From Psilocybe cubensis (lineage: Eukaryota): a DNA stretch of 64,000 nucleotides. The notes under the pieces are model-generated. The model did not search any database. It saw nothing but the letters and a program-made list of their open reading frames with translations, and had not been told where the DNA came from. The position numbers were made by a program, and so were the translations under genes. The DNA is taken from positions 930,001-994,000 of the forward strand of contig CM039002.1 of assembly GCA_017499595.2 (NCBI GenBank). Direction: 5' to 3'. Positions 13,231 through 25,185 of this stretch are shown piece after piece; within the stretch, counting starts at the first letter, position 1, and every line of letters starts with the position of its first letter.

Positions 13231-14260
13231 GGGATGGATTGCAGCGCATTGTCCCCCTCTCTAATGTACTAGTTGCATCTATGTCTATGATCTTCTTGCT
13301 TATGCTCTATGTATGCCACACATTATGATTTTACAATACGTCCACTCTGTTTTACCTCGTTACTTAGCATAGTATACTTCTCTATATGCTTGGTTATATA
13401 TTTGATAATCGTTATCCTGTGTGACCTCTCTCTGAGTACTGGGTTGATATGCATGCCACAATGGTATTCCTGTCATGTTGTTTGCCCTCTTTCCTCATTA
13501 GGAAGCTAAGCGCTGAACACAGTTACGCTTTCCAGTGCCATTTAAGCACGTCTCTCTCTCAAAAAAAAAGACGCGATGTACAAGGATTTGTATAATCACA
13601 TTGACCGCTAGACATTATGGCAGATGTAGATGCAGAGGTTTCAATATGTAGTACTGTGTAGCATTCGCAAAAACACCATGAGTTGGCACACGCGACATTA
13701 AAGTTGGTGATATGTCCGAGTATATGTATACATACATTAGGAGGCAACAATGGCTCGTGTAGAAACCCCGGTTTTTTTCCAAGCAGGCGCACAATAGTCG
13801 AATTTGATAACGAAATCGATAGAGAAACTAGGACCTCCATTTCTATCAGATTCAACAGTCATGCTCAATTATTCGGCTCTTCACGCAGTGCCATACCCTT
13901 AGTTTGGAAGACTGGATCTGGCTCTGCCCTTTTAGATAATGAAGCTTCTCATCACCAAGGTTAGTAAACTCGGACATAACACCATAGTGACGGAAACCGG
14001 GGCCAAATATGGTGGAGGCCTGACAATTTCAAAAAATATTGAAGACAATGGACGGCTTCCAGGACCTTCTTGTTTAGGACAACAGTGCCACAAATTTTAC
14101 TCTATAAAAGAGAGCCGTTCGAACACTTTAACCAACATAGTACTTCCCCCTCATCCACCGCATTCCAGCTTACAGTTAAGTACGTCCTTCAAGTTTCGTC
14201 GTCAGTAATTTTTTGCTACCTATATATAAAGTTCAACTAACAAACACCCTTCTTGCAGAA

Positions 14261-14800
14261 ATGGCTCCAACTACCAGATTCGGCATTGCTTTATTGAAGA
14301 AGTTGGACCGCAATCGAAACGGCCCCGAAAATCAGTGGGCGCTCGTTGCACATCCCACCGATTTCACCGCCAGAGATGCTGCATTATACTGCGCCACAGA
14401 GTGCAATACCACAATGTCCGGATGGACCATCTTGATCCAACGTGGATCTGTTTTGCAAACCGCTAGAGAATTGCACTGGAAGCTAGTTGGGATTCTCGAA
14501 TTCGATAACCGAAACGGCCCTGACGTGAAGATGAACATGACAGAGTTGGATCAGTTTGTTCGATGGATGGACCCGCACATGAATGGCTGCGACCCCAGCG
14601 GCGAGTCGGGGGGATGGTCCTCTTTGAAGTGGGTTATACGTGTCTTGAATATATTGCACGAGGCAAACAAGGTGAAAATTCCGCTCCCACCGGCGTTGAT
14701 GGGAGCTAGGATTAGGGAAAGGGCAGATTATTTGGTTCGGGAGGAGTTTAGAAAGAAGCCAGCGACGGGAGTGTTGGTTATTAGTATCTACAATAGGTGA
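14261..14800 (+). CDS. Small permuted-papain-like family protein, copy 2 (His and Cys absent)
   Basis: MAPTTRFGIALL, QWALVAH, VGILEF, WSSLKWVIRVL. Preceded by a probable 5'UTR intron ending TTGCAG. Confidence 0.75.
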   Translation: MAPTTRFGIALLKKLDRNRNGPENQWALVAHPTDFTARDAALYCATECNTTMSGWTILIQRGSVLQTARELHWKLVGILEFDNRNGPDVKMNMTELDQFVRWMDPHMNGCDPSGESGGWSSLKWVIRVLNILHEANKVKIPLPPALMGARIRERADYLVREEFRKKPATGVLVISIYNR

Positions 14801-15837
14801 CCTGATCAGAAAAAATATTCTGTGTACTCCAATCACTGCTAGTTACTGCGTTTAAACTCTGTACATTGTCTAACTCGTGTGTTATCACGTTTTTCTTCCA
14901 ATTCTACTACTTTGACATCTTCATCAAACTCTGAATGAGAAACACTTTATTTGCGGAGACCAGTGACCTGAATCTTGGCCCTTAATTTTTTTAAATCCAC
15001 CATATCGCACACAATAACGTGTACATTTACAAACTGTGGCATTTTACGTTGATTATTTCACAGCGTAGTAATTGCTGACCCACCAAACGAAACCGGGCGA
15101 AGGCACGCGCGCTTGAAGATGGATGTTAGCCACTGTTGACTAAATGGGACTATATCACTTCGAGTTCCAGGTGATTCCAGATAGTAGCATATTCTATTTT
15201 CCCGATCCGAGGCATTTTTGTCAGGTCTAAGCGTCCCGACGCTTTGTTGTGTCTAAGTTTAGACGCCAAAGCAGCAAATGTACTATGGTTGGTATTGTCG
15301 AACGCATTCGATATGTGTCCAAAGTTCTCAAAATAATAGGCTCATTCGGGAGATGTAATAGACGAGTTGCGAGGGAAACACAGTGTTGGGCCAAGTTTTC
15401 TTTGTGTGTTAAAATTTATTGCACCTAGTCATTTCAACAGTGAATTCCGTAGAATTACCGTTATCCCCGGCGGGGTCTCTGAATGGAAGAATGAAGAAAG
15501 GTATACTCGAAAGTTGGTGATTAGATTAACATCCTAATATGGACTACAACGACGCTCATTAACGTTAGTCCTATCCGTGGCCATTGTCTGCCTGGTGAGC
15601 AGCATATGCAGCGTTTAGGCTTCTTTACGTTCTGGGATATAGGATCCCCAATGTTGCAAAGGGTTATGGTATAGAAATTAGGTATAAAGAGGCCCACCTC
15701 TGCGATGGAAGACAGACCCATTTCCTTCGTCTCCACCATATCTACATCCGTTCTTTCCTCCGTAAGTATCCCATGCATGCTACACTTCCTTCATTAGACG
15801 CTGATTTTTATAACCCCAAAATACCAGAACCAACATC

Positions 15838-16317
15838 ATGCCTTCCGTTCACATTGGTATTGCGGTTTACCACCAGGTCGATGACCGCGGTCGCACCATC
15901 AGCCCACACTGGGCCCTCGTCGCACATTCCACCAACTTCCTCACCGCAGAAACCACCGTGTACCAAATAGTTCGCACTACCACTGGCTGGGCTACCCGTC
16001 ACAAATCCAACGTCTACCTCCCCGACGCACCGACCCTCATCGGTGTCATCGACCTCGGCCACATAAACGTCCCCCTCACAGCCCTCTCGTCTCATGTTGT
16101 TGAGGTTCCGCCTTCCAAGGGCGGTGAGAACCCCAGCGCGCTGTTCTTGTGGGACTGCGCTGCGTGGACTATTAAGGTTCTATATGGCCTTCACGAAAAG
16201 GGATACTATACTTTGGCATGTCCTGCTCAGCAAGTATACTCGCGTGTTTTGGAGAGAGTCGGGACGCTGAGAGCCATGCGCGCTTCCGCAAACACCATGC
16301 CCATCATTCATTTCTGA
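15838..16317 (+). CDS. Small permuted-papain-like family protein, copy 3 (His/Cys intact)
   Basis: HIGIAVY, PHWALVAH, LIGVIDLG, WDCAAWTIKVL. Confidence 0.8.
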   Translation: MPSVHIGIAVYHQVDDRGRTISPHWALVAHSTNFLTAETTVYQIVRTTTGWATRHKSNVYLPDAPTLIGVIDLGHINVPLTALSSHVVEVPPSKGGENPSALFLWDCAAWTIKVLYGLHEKGYYTLACPAQQVYSRVLERVGTLRAMRASANTMPIIHF

Positions 16318-16918
16318 GTTCCGATATTTTTAGGAACCCCATCACCGACACATGCCTCAGGCTGCTTCATTTTATACCCCTTTCTTCAGTATCTTCCAAA
16401 ACCATCGAAAAACACAAAAAAATGACATTCAATAGCTACAATAATCACATCATCTCGTCTCATTTGCATTTTCTAGCTTTCTAGTTTTCAGTTTCTCCTT
16501 CCATTGCTTTGTATGTACATGTGTTGTCATGCTTTCCCTTTGTGTACGTCGTCCAAATACAGATTGTGTGCCCTCTTTCCTCTTTCGGAAGTTGAACCAT
16601 GTGGCTTTATGACTTTGAGCCCCGCGAGCCGGCGGTTAGATCAGATAAGATGAATACAAGGAGGTATTAGTGAATCCGCTGCCTGAACTAGACAGTAAAT
16701 TGAGGTCTTGAAAGTCCGAGAGGTCCGCTATGAACGACAATGGAGATGCAAGAACAATGGAAATCAAGCCACTCATAGTACAGTTTGGCCCAACACCGCC
16801 AGAGAATACATATATAACGCGCGCCACGGAGATCCTCTGCCTCTTCGCAGCCAACCTTTACATCCAACCCCAAGGCAGCAAGCAGAAGGCACCTCACACA
16901 CCACCCTCCAACCGTCCA

Positions 16919-17536
16919 ATGTCCTCAACTAAGATAGGCATCGCCATCTACGCCCAACAAGGCACCTACAACCGACCGCGTCCCCCGCACTGGGCGCTCG
17001 TGCTCCACCCGACGTCGTACAGCGCGCCAGACGTGCGGGTGTACCATATCAGGGGCCGCAACGGCGTGTGGACGCTAGGACACGACGTACGCGAGCTCCA
17101 GGGTATGGGCGACCTTATGGGTGTGCTGCATATCGCTGACATCCCTCCGGAGCGAACTGCACCACTCAACGACAACAACAGCACCCACAACCACGGACAG
17201 GAACATATTCACGGCGAGCCCGTCGCGACCACAACCACCACCCCAGCACCTACAACCACTGCCGTGCAAAGGTTGTCCAGCTTCCAGCTTGATGATCTCG
17301 ACGCGTTCATCCAGCAGTTCCCGGCGACGAAGCAGGGAGATGACCCGAGCAAGCTGTTCGTGTGGACGTGCGAGTCGTATGTCATCCGTGTGTTGGCATA
17401 TCTGAGCCGCGAAGGCGCGCTGCAGCTACCGTGCGTGCCGGAGGAGATGTATGATTACACCAGGCGAAGGATTGCGGTGTTGAAGGCGCTGCCAAGAGAC
17501 GGGGATGGGATTTGCATTGTGCCTTTTGCAGAGTGA
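16919..17536 (+). CDS. Small permuted-papain-like family protein, copy 4 (His/Cys intact)
   Basis: MSSTKIGIAIY, PHWALVLH, LMGVLHIA, WTCESYVIRVL, with a Thr/His-rich internal insertion. Confidence 0.8.
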   Translation: MSSTKIGIAIYAQQGTYNRPRPPHWALVLHPTSYSAPDVRVYHIRGRNGVWTLGHDVRELQGMGDLMGVLHIADIPPERTAPLNDNNSTHNHGQEHIHGEPVATTTTTPAPTTTAVQRLSSFQLDDLDAFIQQFPATKQGDDPSKLFVWTCESYVIRVLAYLSREGALQLPCVPEEMYDYTRRRIAVLKALPRDGDGICIVPFAE

Positions 17537-17789
17537 ATTTGTGAAATATGGAATTGAGGTTCGTTGCATGTTGCGTCTTGTTCGCGAATTGGACCTGAGT
17601 GGATGAATGAAAACATCAGGAAAGAGAAAAATGAGGGTATATGTTGTTGTATTCAACAGTTTTTTGTACTATAAAGATTAGAATGAAAGATATAATCGTC
17701 CTAGGGGTTAGATATGGTGATTTCAAGATACAATCTCCGTCGAACGAGCTGGAGAAAAAGCAAAATAAAGTTTGTACAAGTATCAACAG

Positions 17790-18815
17790 CTATTGTTGCT
17801 GGAACAACGGATACGCTGGAATATCTGTCGCGTTGACGACTGGTGTTGTGGCAAACAGGGATGCAATGAAATCGGCGCCTGGAATTGGGATGCCTTTCTT
17901 TTGCCTGTTGATGCATTGAACAGTCAGTAGGGTTCGGGTCGAACGTTTCATCCGAGACTCACAACTCGCGAACTAAAAAAAGAGTGGTAAACGACGAACG
18001 TGGGTACTATAATTAGCGGGGCAATTGGTGAAAGTAAAAAAGCAGGCCGCACGCACCTCGAATGATGAAATTGGCTAGGACAGCTACAAAGAGTACAACA
18101 CTGAGAATTACAGGGCCTGCGAGCGCGTCTGGAGGCAATTCATCAGCATACACACGAAAAAGTGCACGATAGAGTACGAACCGAAATGGCCAGGGTCTCT
18201 GCGACGAATTAAGGTGATTCGATGTTGATACAAGCAGTAGCCATACACCTAGAACGTCGGATAAGTCGATGAGGCGGGAAAGTTGAAAAAAGAACTCACG
18301 AGCACGCAGACGCTCACAAAGGCGTAGAAATACGCGAAACGACGTGCGATATCATCTTTTGAAGCGTTGAAAAGCCCCAACGATAGCGCAGCCATTAAGA
18401 CGGAGATCCCGAGCCATGATATCCATGCTATTCATCAGATGTGAGCATCCTGTTGACTGCCAAACCAACAAAGGAGATAGAGCGCACTTCGTTCATTCGC
18501 AAACCAGACTTTGCCCTCAACCTTGACTGAAGTCGGAATCTTCTTCGGAACGCGCACCTTGGGCGGGAGAGTGTTTATAGAATGATAATCTCTGACGGTT
18601 GGGCGCTCGTTCGCATCGTTGGTCTCGGTCTCTGGGATGTTGTCCGCGCGAAGATGACGACTGGGGCGTCGCACATTGGGGAGGGACGCGAGAGCGGACT
18701 GGGAAAAGGGGGAGAGGATTGCCTGCCAGGATTTGCGGAGAATTGATTCGCTGTGCTCCGAGTCCCTGAGCTGGGCGTCGGGGTGAACGCCGTCGCTGTT
18801 CTGTGCAGCGGCCAT
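17790..18815 (-). CDS. VTC1: Vacuolar transporter chaperone (polyphosphate polymerase complex) subunit 1
   Basis: KVEGKVWFANER|TWISWL motif and three TM segments. The C-terminus NFIIR|VREL|QKKGIPIPG...QQQ* is reached via a 10-nt microexon at 17963-17972. Confidence 0.9.
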
Positions 18816-18946
18816 GGAGGTTGAGCGAAAGGAGGATAATGCGGCAGGAGACGGCACGAAGGCGGAGATTGAACAATGAAAGCCGGAATGATGTGTGTGA
18901 CGGCCTCGAGATGTCTAGAACAGTGTGACATCATGTCGTAGTTGCT

Positions 18947-18966
18947 AGAATGCTCTCGGACATTCA
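18947..18966. promoter_or_regulatory. Degenerate heat-shock element between VTC1 and SIS1
   Basis: aGAAt gCTCt cGGAc aTTCa: alternating nGAAn/nTTCn pentamers, two perfect and two with one mismatch, about 80 bp upstream of the Hsp40 ATG. Confidence 0.5.
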
Positions 18967-19047
18967 TTGGGCACGCACACCATACCGCAATAAATACTCC
19001 TCTCCTGTTCTTTCTGTCCGACATTTACTGTTTCCCCAACACACACT

Positions 19048-20400
19048 ATGGGCAAAGACTACTATAAGCTTCTTGGCGTCGACAAGTCGGCGTCAGACGA
19101 TGAAATCAAGAAGGCCTACAAGAAAATGGTATGTCCCGCTCTCCTCCCCTCCGCTCAGTTTCACTGACATAGCTCACAAGGCCTTGAAATGGCATCCTGA
19201 CCGCAATACCAAAAACAAAGAGGAAGCCACTACCAAATTTAAAGAGGTAATTCTCCTTCTATTTCTGTCTTCCTTATTACGTCTCATTAACGCCCTGTCC
19301 AGATCTCAGAAGCCTTCGAGGTTCTGAGCGATAGCAACAAACGTGCGGTCTACGATCAGTTTGGAGAGGAGGGCCTCAAAGGAGGAGGTGCGGCTCCGGG
19401 AGCCGGCGGACCCTCTGGTTTCTCTGGATTCAGTGGTTTCCCTGGTGCGGGAGGTCCTGGCGGAACAACATTCACATTCACTTCCAACGGTCCTGGAGGA
19501 TTCGGCGGTGCTGGTGGAGGATTCAACCCAACAGACCCAGAAGAGATATTCAGGTAGGCTCCTTTCGTTACAGTTCCGTAAGTTCCCCGCATTCTGACGT
19601 CATGGCTTCTTTACAGGCGGATGTTTGGCGGTGGAGGTTTGTTTGGTGGTATGGGTGGTATGGGAGGCATGGGCGGAATGGGAGGCGGCCCACGGCGCGG
19701 CAGCGCCAGTATGTTTGCCGACGAAGACGACGACATGAATGGCGGTTTTTCATTTTCAGGGATGCCCGGGGGCATGCCTGGCGCCGGCAGAGGGCGACCA
19801 ACAGCACAGCGGACAAATTCGCGCCGTCCACCGTCACCAGAAAAGCCATCAGAAATCACAAAACCCCTCAAGGTTTCCTTGGAAGACCTCTACAGCGGCA
19901 CAACGAAGCGTCTCAAAGTTGGCCGACGGTTACTGAACGGCACCACAGAGGATAAGGTGCTCGAGATCCAAATCCATCCCGGATGGAAAAGTGGAACAAA
20001 GATTCGTTTCCCCCGCTCAGGCAACGAGCAGCCGTCCGGAGAATCGCAAGACCTCGTCTTTGTCGTCGAAGAGAAACCACACGCTGTGTTCAAGCGCGAA
20101 GGCAACGATCTACATGCGAATGTCAAGATCCCACTCGTGGAAGCGTTGACAGGCGCGCCAACGCCTACAGGCAAGCTGTCGAAAACACTTGAGATGCTTG
20201 ATGGGCGGAAGCTGCAGATACCTGTGCCAATGGGCATCGTCAAACCTGGCCAGTCATTAGTGATACCAGGAGAAGGCATGCCCATCCGGAAAGACGGCGT
20301 TGCGCAGAAGAAAGGCGACCTGATAGTCAACTGGGAGGTCACATTCCCTACCACCCTGACGGCTGCGCAGAAGGAGGGTCTCCGCAAGATCCTCGCGTAA
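19048..20400 (+). CDS. SIS1: Class B Hsp40/DnaJ co-chaperone (Sis1/Psi1 type, 4 exons)
   Basis: [11 protein letters not shown]...[10 protein letters not shown]-domain, G/F and G/M regions, and C-terminal domain LEDLY...[11 protein letters not shown]...GEGMP. Confidence 0.93.
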
Positions 20401-23232
20401 TCCCCCTGCCCATCTCTGGTTTTCACCCCCTCAATCTACATCACTAAAACCTATCGACTTCCCTAATTTTTTTTCGGACTTTCGTTGTTGTTTTATTATT
20501 TTCGTTTATTTCTATCTTTTCATTGATACTAGATAGATACCCACCTGTATTTCAACGCAATGTATTAACACCGCATCATTCAATTGCAGCCGCTAGCTTC
20601 TGATTCTGTGCTTGGTGTGTGCTAGATTGTACGAATAAAGTTACAGGCAAGTTGATGGTGCAAATGCACGATTGTGTTTTAACACCGACAATCGTGTGAC
20701 GGTCACAGTGTACCCTTGAGTCCTGATTAAAATTACTTGTTTTCCCAAACCACCATCAAGACGGCCAGCCATTGGGAAGCCATGCAACATTATGATAATG
20801 CGACGCTGATGAAACGGTCATAAGACCAACCTTCTCTTCTTCGCAGTGCCCAAGATGTTTCGCAATGATTTCGCTCAGGAGAAATTGTGGCACCAACAGG
20901 CCCGGAGTGCTGCGCTTTGAATGAGGCGTCGTCAATTCAATATCTGTTATCTTTTCCCAGAGGCGGCGCGAGGGGATTCTTCGCTAACGTCCAAGTGCGC
21001 TCCCATCTCTCTGCTGTGTCTCCTTTTTCTGACAGATTTTATTTAATTTTAATTTTAAACTCGATTTTTGCGCAGTGTGACTCAAAGTTGACCTCGAACT
21101 TTGTTTTATCATGCGCAACTCGCTTTCTCTCACTGGGAGATTGGAAAGAAAGTTTGATGGTAAACCATCATACATACTTCCTTCTATAAATTCATCCCAT
21201 CATCATCATCATCATCGTCGTCTTCATCGATCATATCCAATTGCGTCGTGAGTTCTCGCATACCCAATCTTACCTCGTATTTTAAACCAATCTTTTTTTC
21301 ACATGTTTAGCGACAGGCCAAACATAGGCTGAACTATACTAGCCCAGTTATTTCTGATGGATGGGGTTGGTACAGGCGCGACCAGAATAGAATGTGCGGC
21401 GATGGACGACAACGAGCGAACGCATGGGGTTGGACATCGTTGGGCATATGGCGCGCTGTTCGCTATGCTCGTCGCGAATTTCTCATGTTGCTCAGTGGCG
21501 TATACCAGGACGATGGTGCTTCATGATCAGGGTTTCTCTGTTCACGTGCAACAGTTTTCTCAAACTCGCTCATGCGCATATACGAAGGCCTAATAGTAAT
21601 CAATAATCTTGCCTTTGTGTGTGGCTCTCATGTTGCTTCGATTGGCCTTTGGCTCCTACTCGGCACTCTACCCTACCCGAGCATCTACACCCCTTTGTTA
21701 TTGATCTTGCTCTTTGACTTACTGCATGGGGTTCCCGAGGTGCTATGGTCTATTTTGCTCTCGACAGCGTATCTATCTCGATGTCCAATAACCTTCGATC
21801 ATGGGCAAGTATGCTTAACCAAACTGGGGCACCACGAAACGGACGGACCAACGACTAACTTATCATATCCTAGAGGACGATCGCCGTCAAAAACGTTGTC
21901 TCCAATGAGGACCTTGATGCCTTTTCCCAGACTTTCTGGCAACACTTCCCGCTGCTACTGGATTTAGGCGCTAGAAGATGTTCTGTAGCGCCTTGCTATA
22001 TGTTTAAACATATCTGTTTTTTGACATGGCGTCGCATGAGCTTAAATGCCATTGCATCATATCATTTGATGGAAAAACAATGGATCCACCGTTTTTTTTC
22101 CTCGAAAGAGAGCCATTTGGACAGGACAGAGTATGTGAGACTCTCGAACATAGGCAGACGCTACAGAAATATCGTCGATGTATGCCTCCCTGATATCAGT
22201 GTGCTAAACTCTAAGTGCATCATTGTGCTCGCGCCTGCTCGGTCACAGGTCGGCCTTTAGGCTGGCCGAAGGATTTACCTTTTTATCCTTTCCTGAATCC
22301 GCAGCGTCCGTAGGCCTTGCAATTCAATGTAGTCCTCGAGCGGCATTCTCTACCCTCATTCTTACTGCCGTACTAATCATCGTCATCGATTGTGAACGGC
22401 TATGATCCTCCTTCATGTGATGTCACGAAATGTACGGGCCAATGACTGCTTTGTACCCTCGAAGATCGTTATCAGCATCGTTATCAATTTTCTTCTGACT
22501 TCAGTCCGGTCGGTGCTTCATCTTAGGCTTCTTCGCGACAACTACGGCCAGAAGAATAGACTAGAAGGCCATGCGCAGCCTTGCTTTCTATGGTTTGCGT
22601 CGACTCCTGCAGCGTGAAGGTGATGCGGGAAGAGATCGTGCATCATTTCGTATGATGGATAAGTACATATTGCTCGTATGTTCCATCCCAATATGTTTGC
22701 CCTCAAGTTTTCGTAGAATGAATTGTTGTTTCCCAGCGCTCCAGCGCGGCGAAAATTTTCCCCACCGCATGCGGCGGCTTAATCCCGGGGGGTAGCTTAC
22801 ATCGCCTGTAAAGCGTCAGCAAACTTTATATGATGCAGGTTATGCTCAGCCGTGCTGATCGAGTACTCTGGCCGCGGGAGAATGGGTTCCTCCTCTGCGC
22901 GTTGGCTACGTGCGTGGTTTGTGGTGATATTTTTAGCTCACTTTAGCCGCAGAAAACGGAGACTTTGATGGAGACTGACATGATGGCAAAGCTCTTATAT
23001 CCGAAATAGGGAAGCCACAAATACCCAATATCTCGGGAGATGACATTTGACGATAGGAGCGTGGAGTGCCTTGGGTAAAATGGGCGTGCTTAGACATGCT
23101 TCTATCAAAAGAATCGCGTGGACAACCAGGACGCAAATTGTATCGTACACTTAAACCTAAGGACATGCCGACAGTTTTGACTCCGTCCCTTACATCCCCC
23201 TTCAACCCTTCTCTCTTTGTCGAGCAACCACG

Positions 23233-25185
23233 ATGTCGAGTCTCAATAGCGGTTTACCACTCAACAGTACCTTGGGCGCGGCTTATTTGGGGACGCTGGC
23301 GGCGGCATTGTACGTTTACTATTAAGCCAACTTGAAGAAAATGGAATGGAATTAATTTCTAATTTTATAACCCGCTTGTAAACAGGATGTATGGTTTGAC
23401 CACCTTGCAGACCTTCTTGTACTTCAATAGCTATAGAAGTGATAAGCGATGGCTTTCGACTATGGTGTGTTTCTGAATAATCCAGTGATATAACCTCCGA
23501 TTCCTGAAGCTCGCGCTTGTAGATCCTGATCCTGTGGTTAGTCTAAATTTTCTCTCCTACAACAGACAGACAGTTGAAGGGGGCCCTCCTAGGATCCTGG
23601 ATTCAATACACTTCGCCTTCACCGCCCATGGGGTCTACTTCTATCTGATAACAAACTTTGGAAACTTTGCCGCAGTTCAGTCGCCCACTTGGTGAGTACA
23701 CTTTTAATTAAATTAAATCAAGTCAATTAATCGGATTAATCTTGCTGCAGGAGTATACTGGTGCAAGTATATGCCTCGGTAGAGTCCATCTTAATACTCT
23801 ATATTGAATGTATCCTGATTTTTACGTCAGACAATGATTGGCGCCATGGTGCGATGGTACGCGTCTATTTTGCTAAACACTATTAGATCAATCCACTGAT
23901 ATGATGGTTGCTCCCAGTATATTTGGGTGGAGAGTTCAAATACGTGGGTCTATACCGTTGTGTGACTTTTCAAGGTGCTGAGAGCGGGTGACACACAGTT
24001 TGCGGAACTCAAAGAGCGCTGGGTGCAGCAATTTTCGGCATTGTGGTGCGTAACTGTGATCATTCAGGCGTCCGTGCGGGTTACCAATGTGCTGTTAACA
24101 GGCTGTCCTTTCTCTCCTCTCTGCTGGTGAGTTATTTGTCACCCTGCTTATTTCTTCTTTATTGACGAAGAACACCAGTTACTGCATATGGTTAGTGACT
24201 GATGAAGACTTGATTCCTTTCGTTCGTTCGAGCTCATAGTATTGTCTTTAAATCCAGTTTTTGCATCACGATCGTGAGTCGAATATTTAACTTCATGCTA
24301 CACATCCTCATAGGTCTTTAGATTTACTCTAAATACTTTCGCCAAAATGAACAAGATGTCGGTGAGTAGATTACTCAAAATTCGTTAATTAAGCCACCTT
24401 GACTCATTCATCGTCCTTTATCGTTAAAAGTGGCTTCTTTACCTAGGATTTGCAGCCGACGTTATCGCAGATGTTTTAATTGCTGTCTCGCTCTGTACAA
24501 TTCTGCTTCGCAGCAAAACTGGCATCAAAAGGTGCTTCAAATTTTGGGCACTATATGACTCGTTACTCATTTTTTCTATAGTACAGACTCGAAAGTGTCA
24601 TTTATCATGGCATTTACGGTTAATACTGGTACGTAATTCCCGAAGATCGACATTAAATGACTGAAATTAACGCGGCAACAGGTCTGCTCACAAGGTTAGA
24701 TTTTTGTATAATACATATCAGCATGCTCTCGATTTTGATATTAATATTTGACTAGCATTTGCGCCCTGGCATGCCTAATCACGGTAAATCTCGTTCATTT
24801 TCATCATGTTGGTCTCCAATCTGAAATTGTCATCTAGTACGCGATCTGGCCTCAACGTTTCATTTTCCTCGGTATCTACTTTGCCCAGAGCAAACGTGCG
24901 TGTTAGCAGATACTATCATCCGTGAGTAAATAACTGACGGGCACTCATTCAAATCTAGTTTATGTCAACGCCTTGTTGGGATCTTTGAACGCACGAGGCA
25001 ACATAGGACAGTCACAAGCCGGAACTACAATGATCGTCCCAGGGACATCCCTTGGAACCAGGTCCATTGCTTTCAATGATCTAGATCTGATAGAAATTGG
25101 CACGACAGTTGAGAGGAAAACATTCAGCGATGGGAGAGACCTCTCACATCATGATTCCTCCGCCGGATCAGAAACAAACCACTAG
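23233..25185 (+). CDS. Multi-pass membrane protein with about 18 small exons (DUF6534-like basidiomycete family)
   Basis: LNSTLGAAYLG...YGLTTLQTFLYF, LWILDSIH, NTGLLTS, KLYVNALLGSLNAR. About 17 short introns read by eye. Confidence 0.8.

Noticed and set aside
16730-16918. Longer N-terminus for papain-like copy 4
   Set aside because: It contains TATATAA and a CA-rich leader, and the paralogues begin just before the IGIA motif, so 16919 is preferred.
20400-23200. Several 60-130 aa ORFs and a small hairpin (GGCGCTA...TAGCGCC near 21966-21991)
   Set aside because: No recognisable protein and no Helitron CTRR end at the expected spacing; no feature can be supported.
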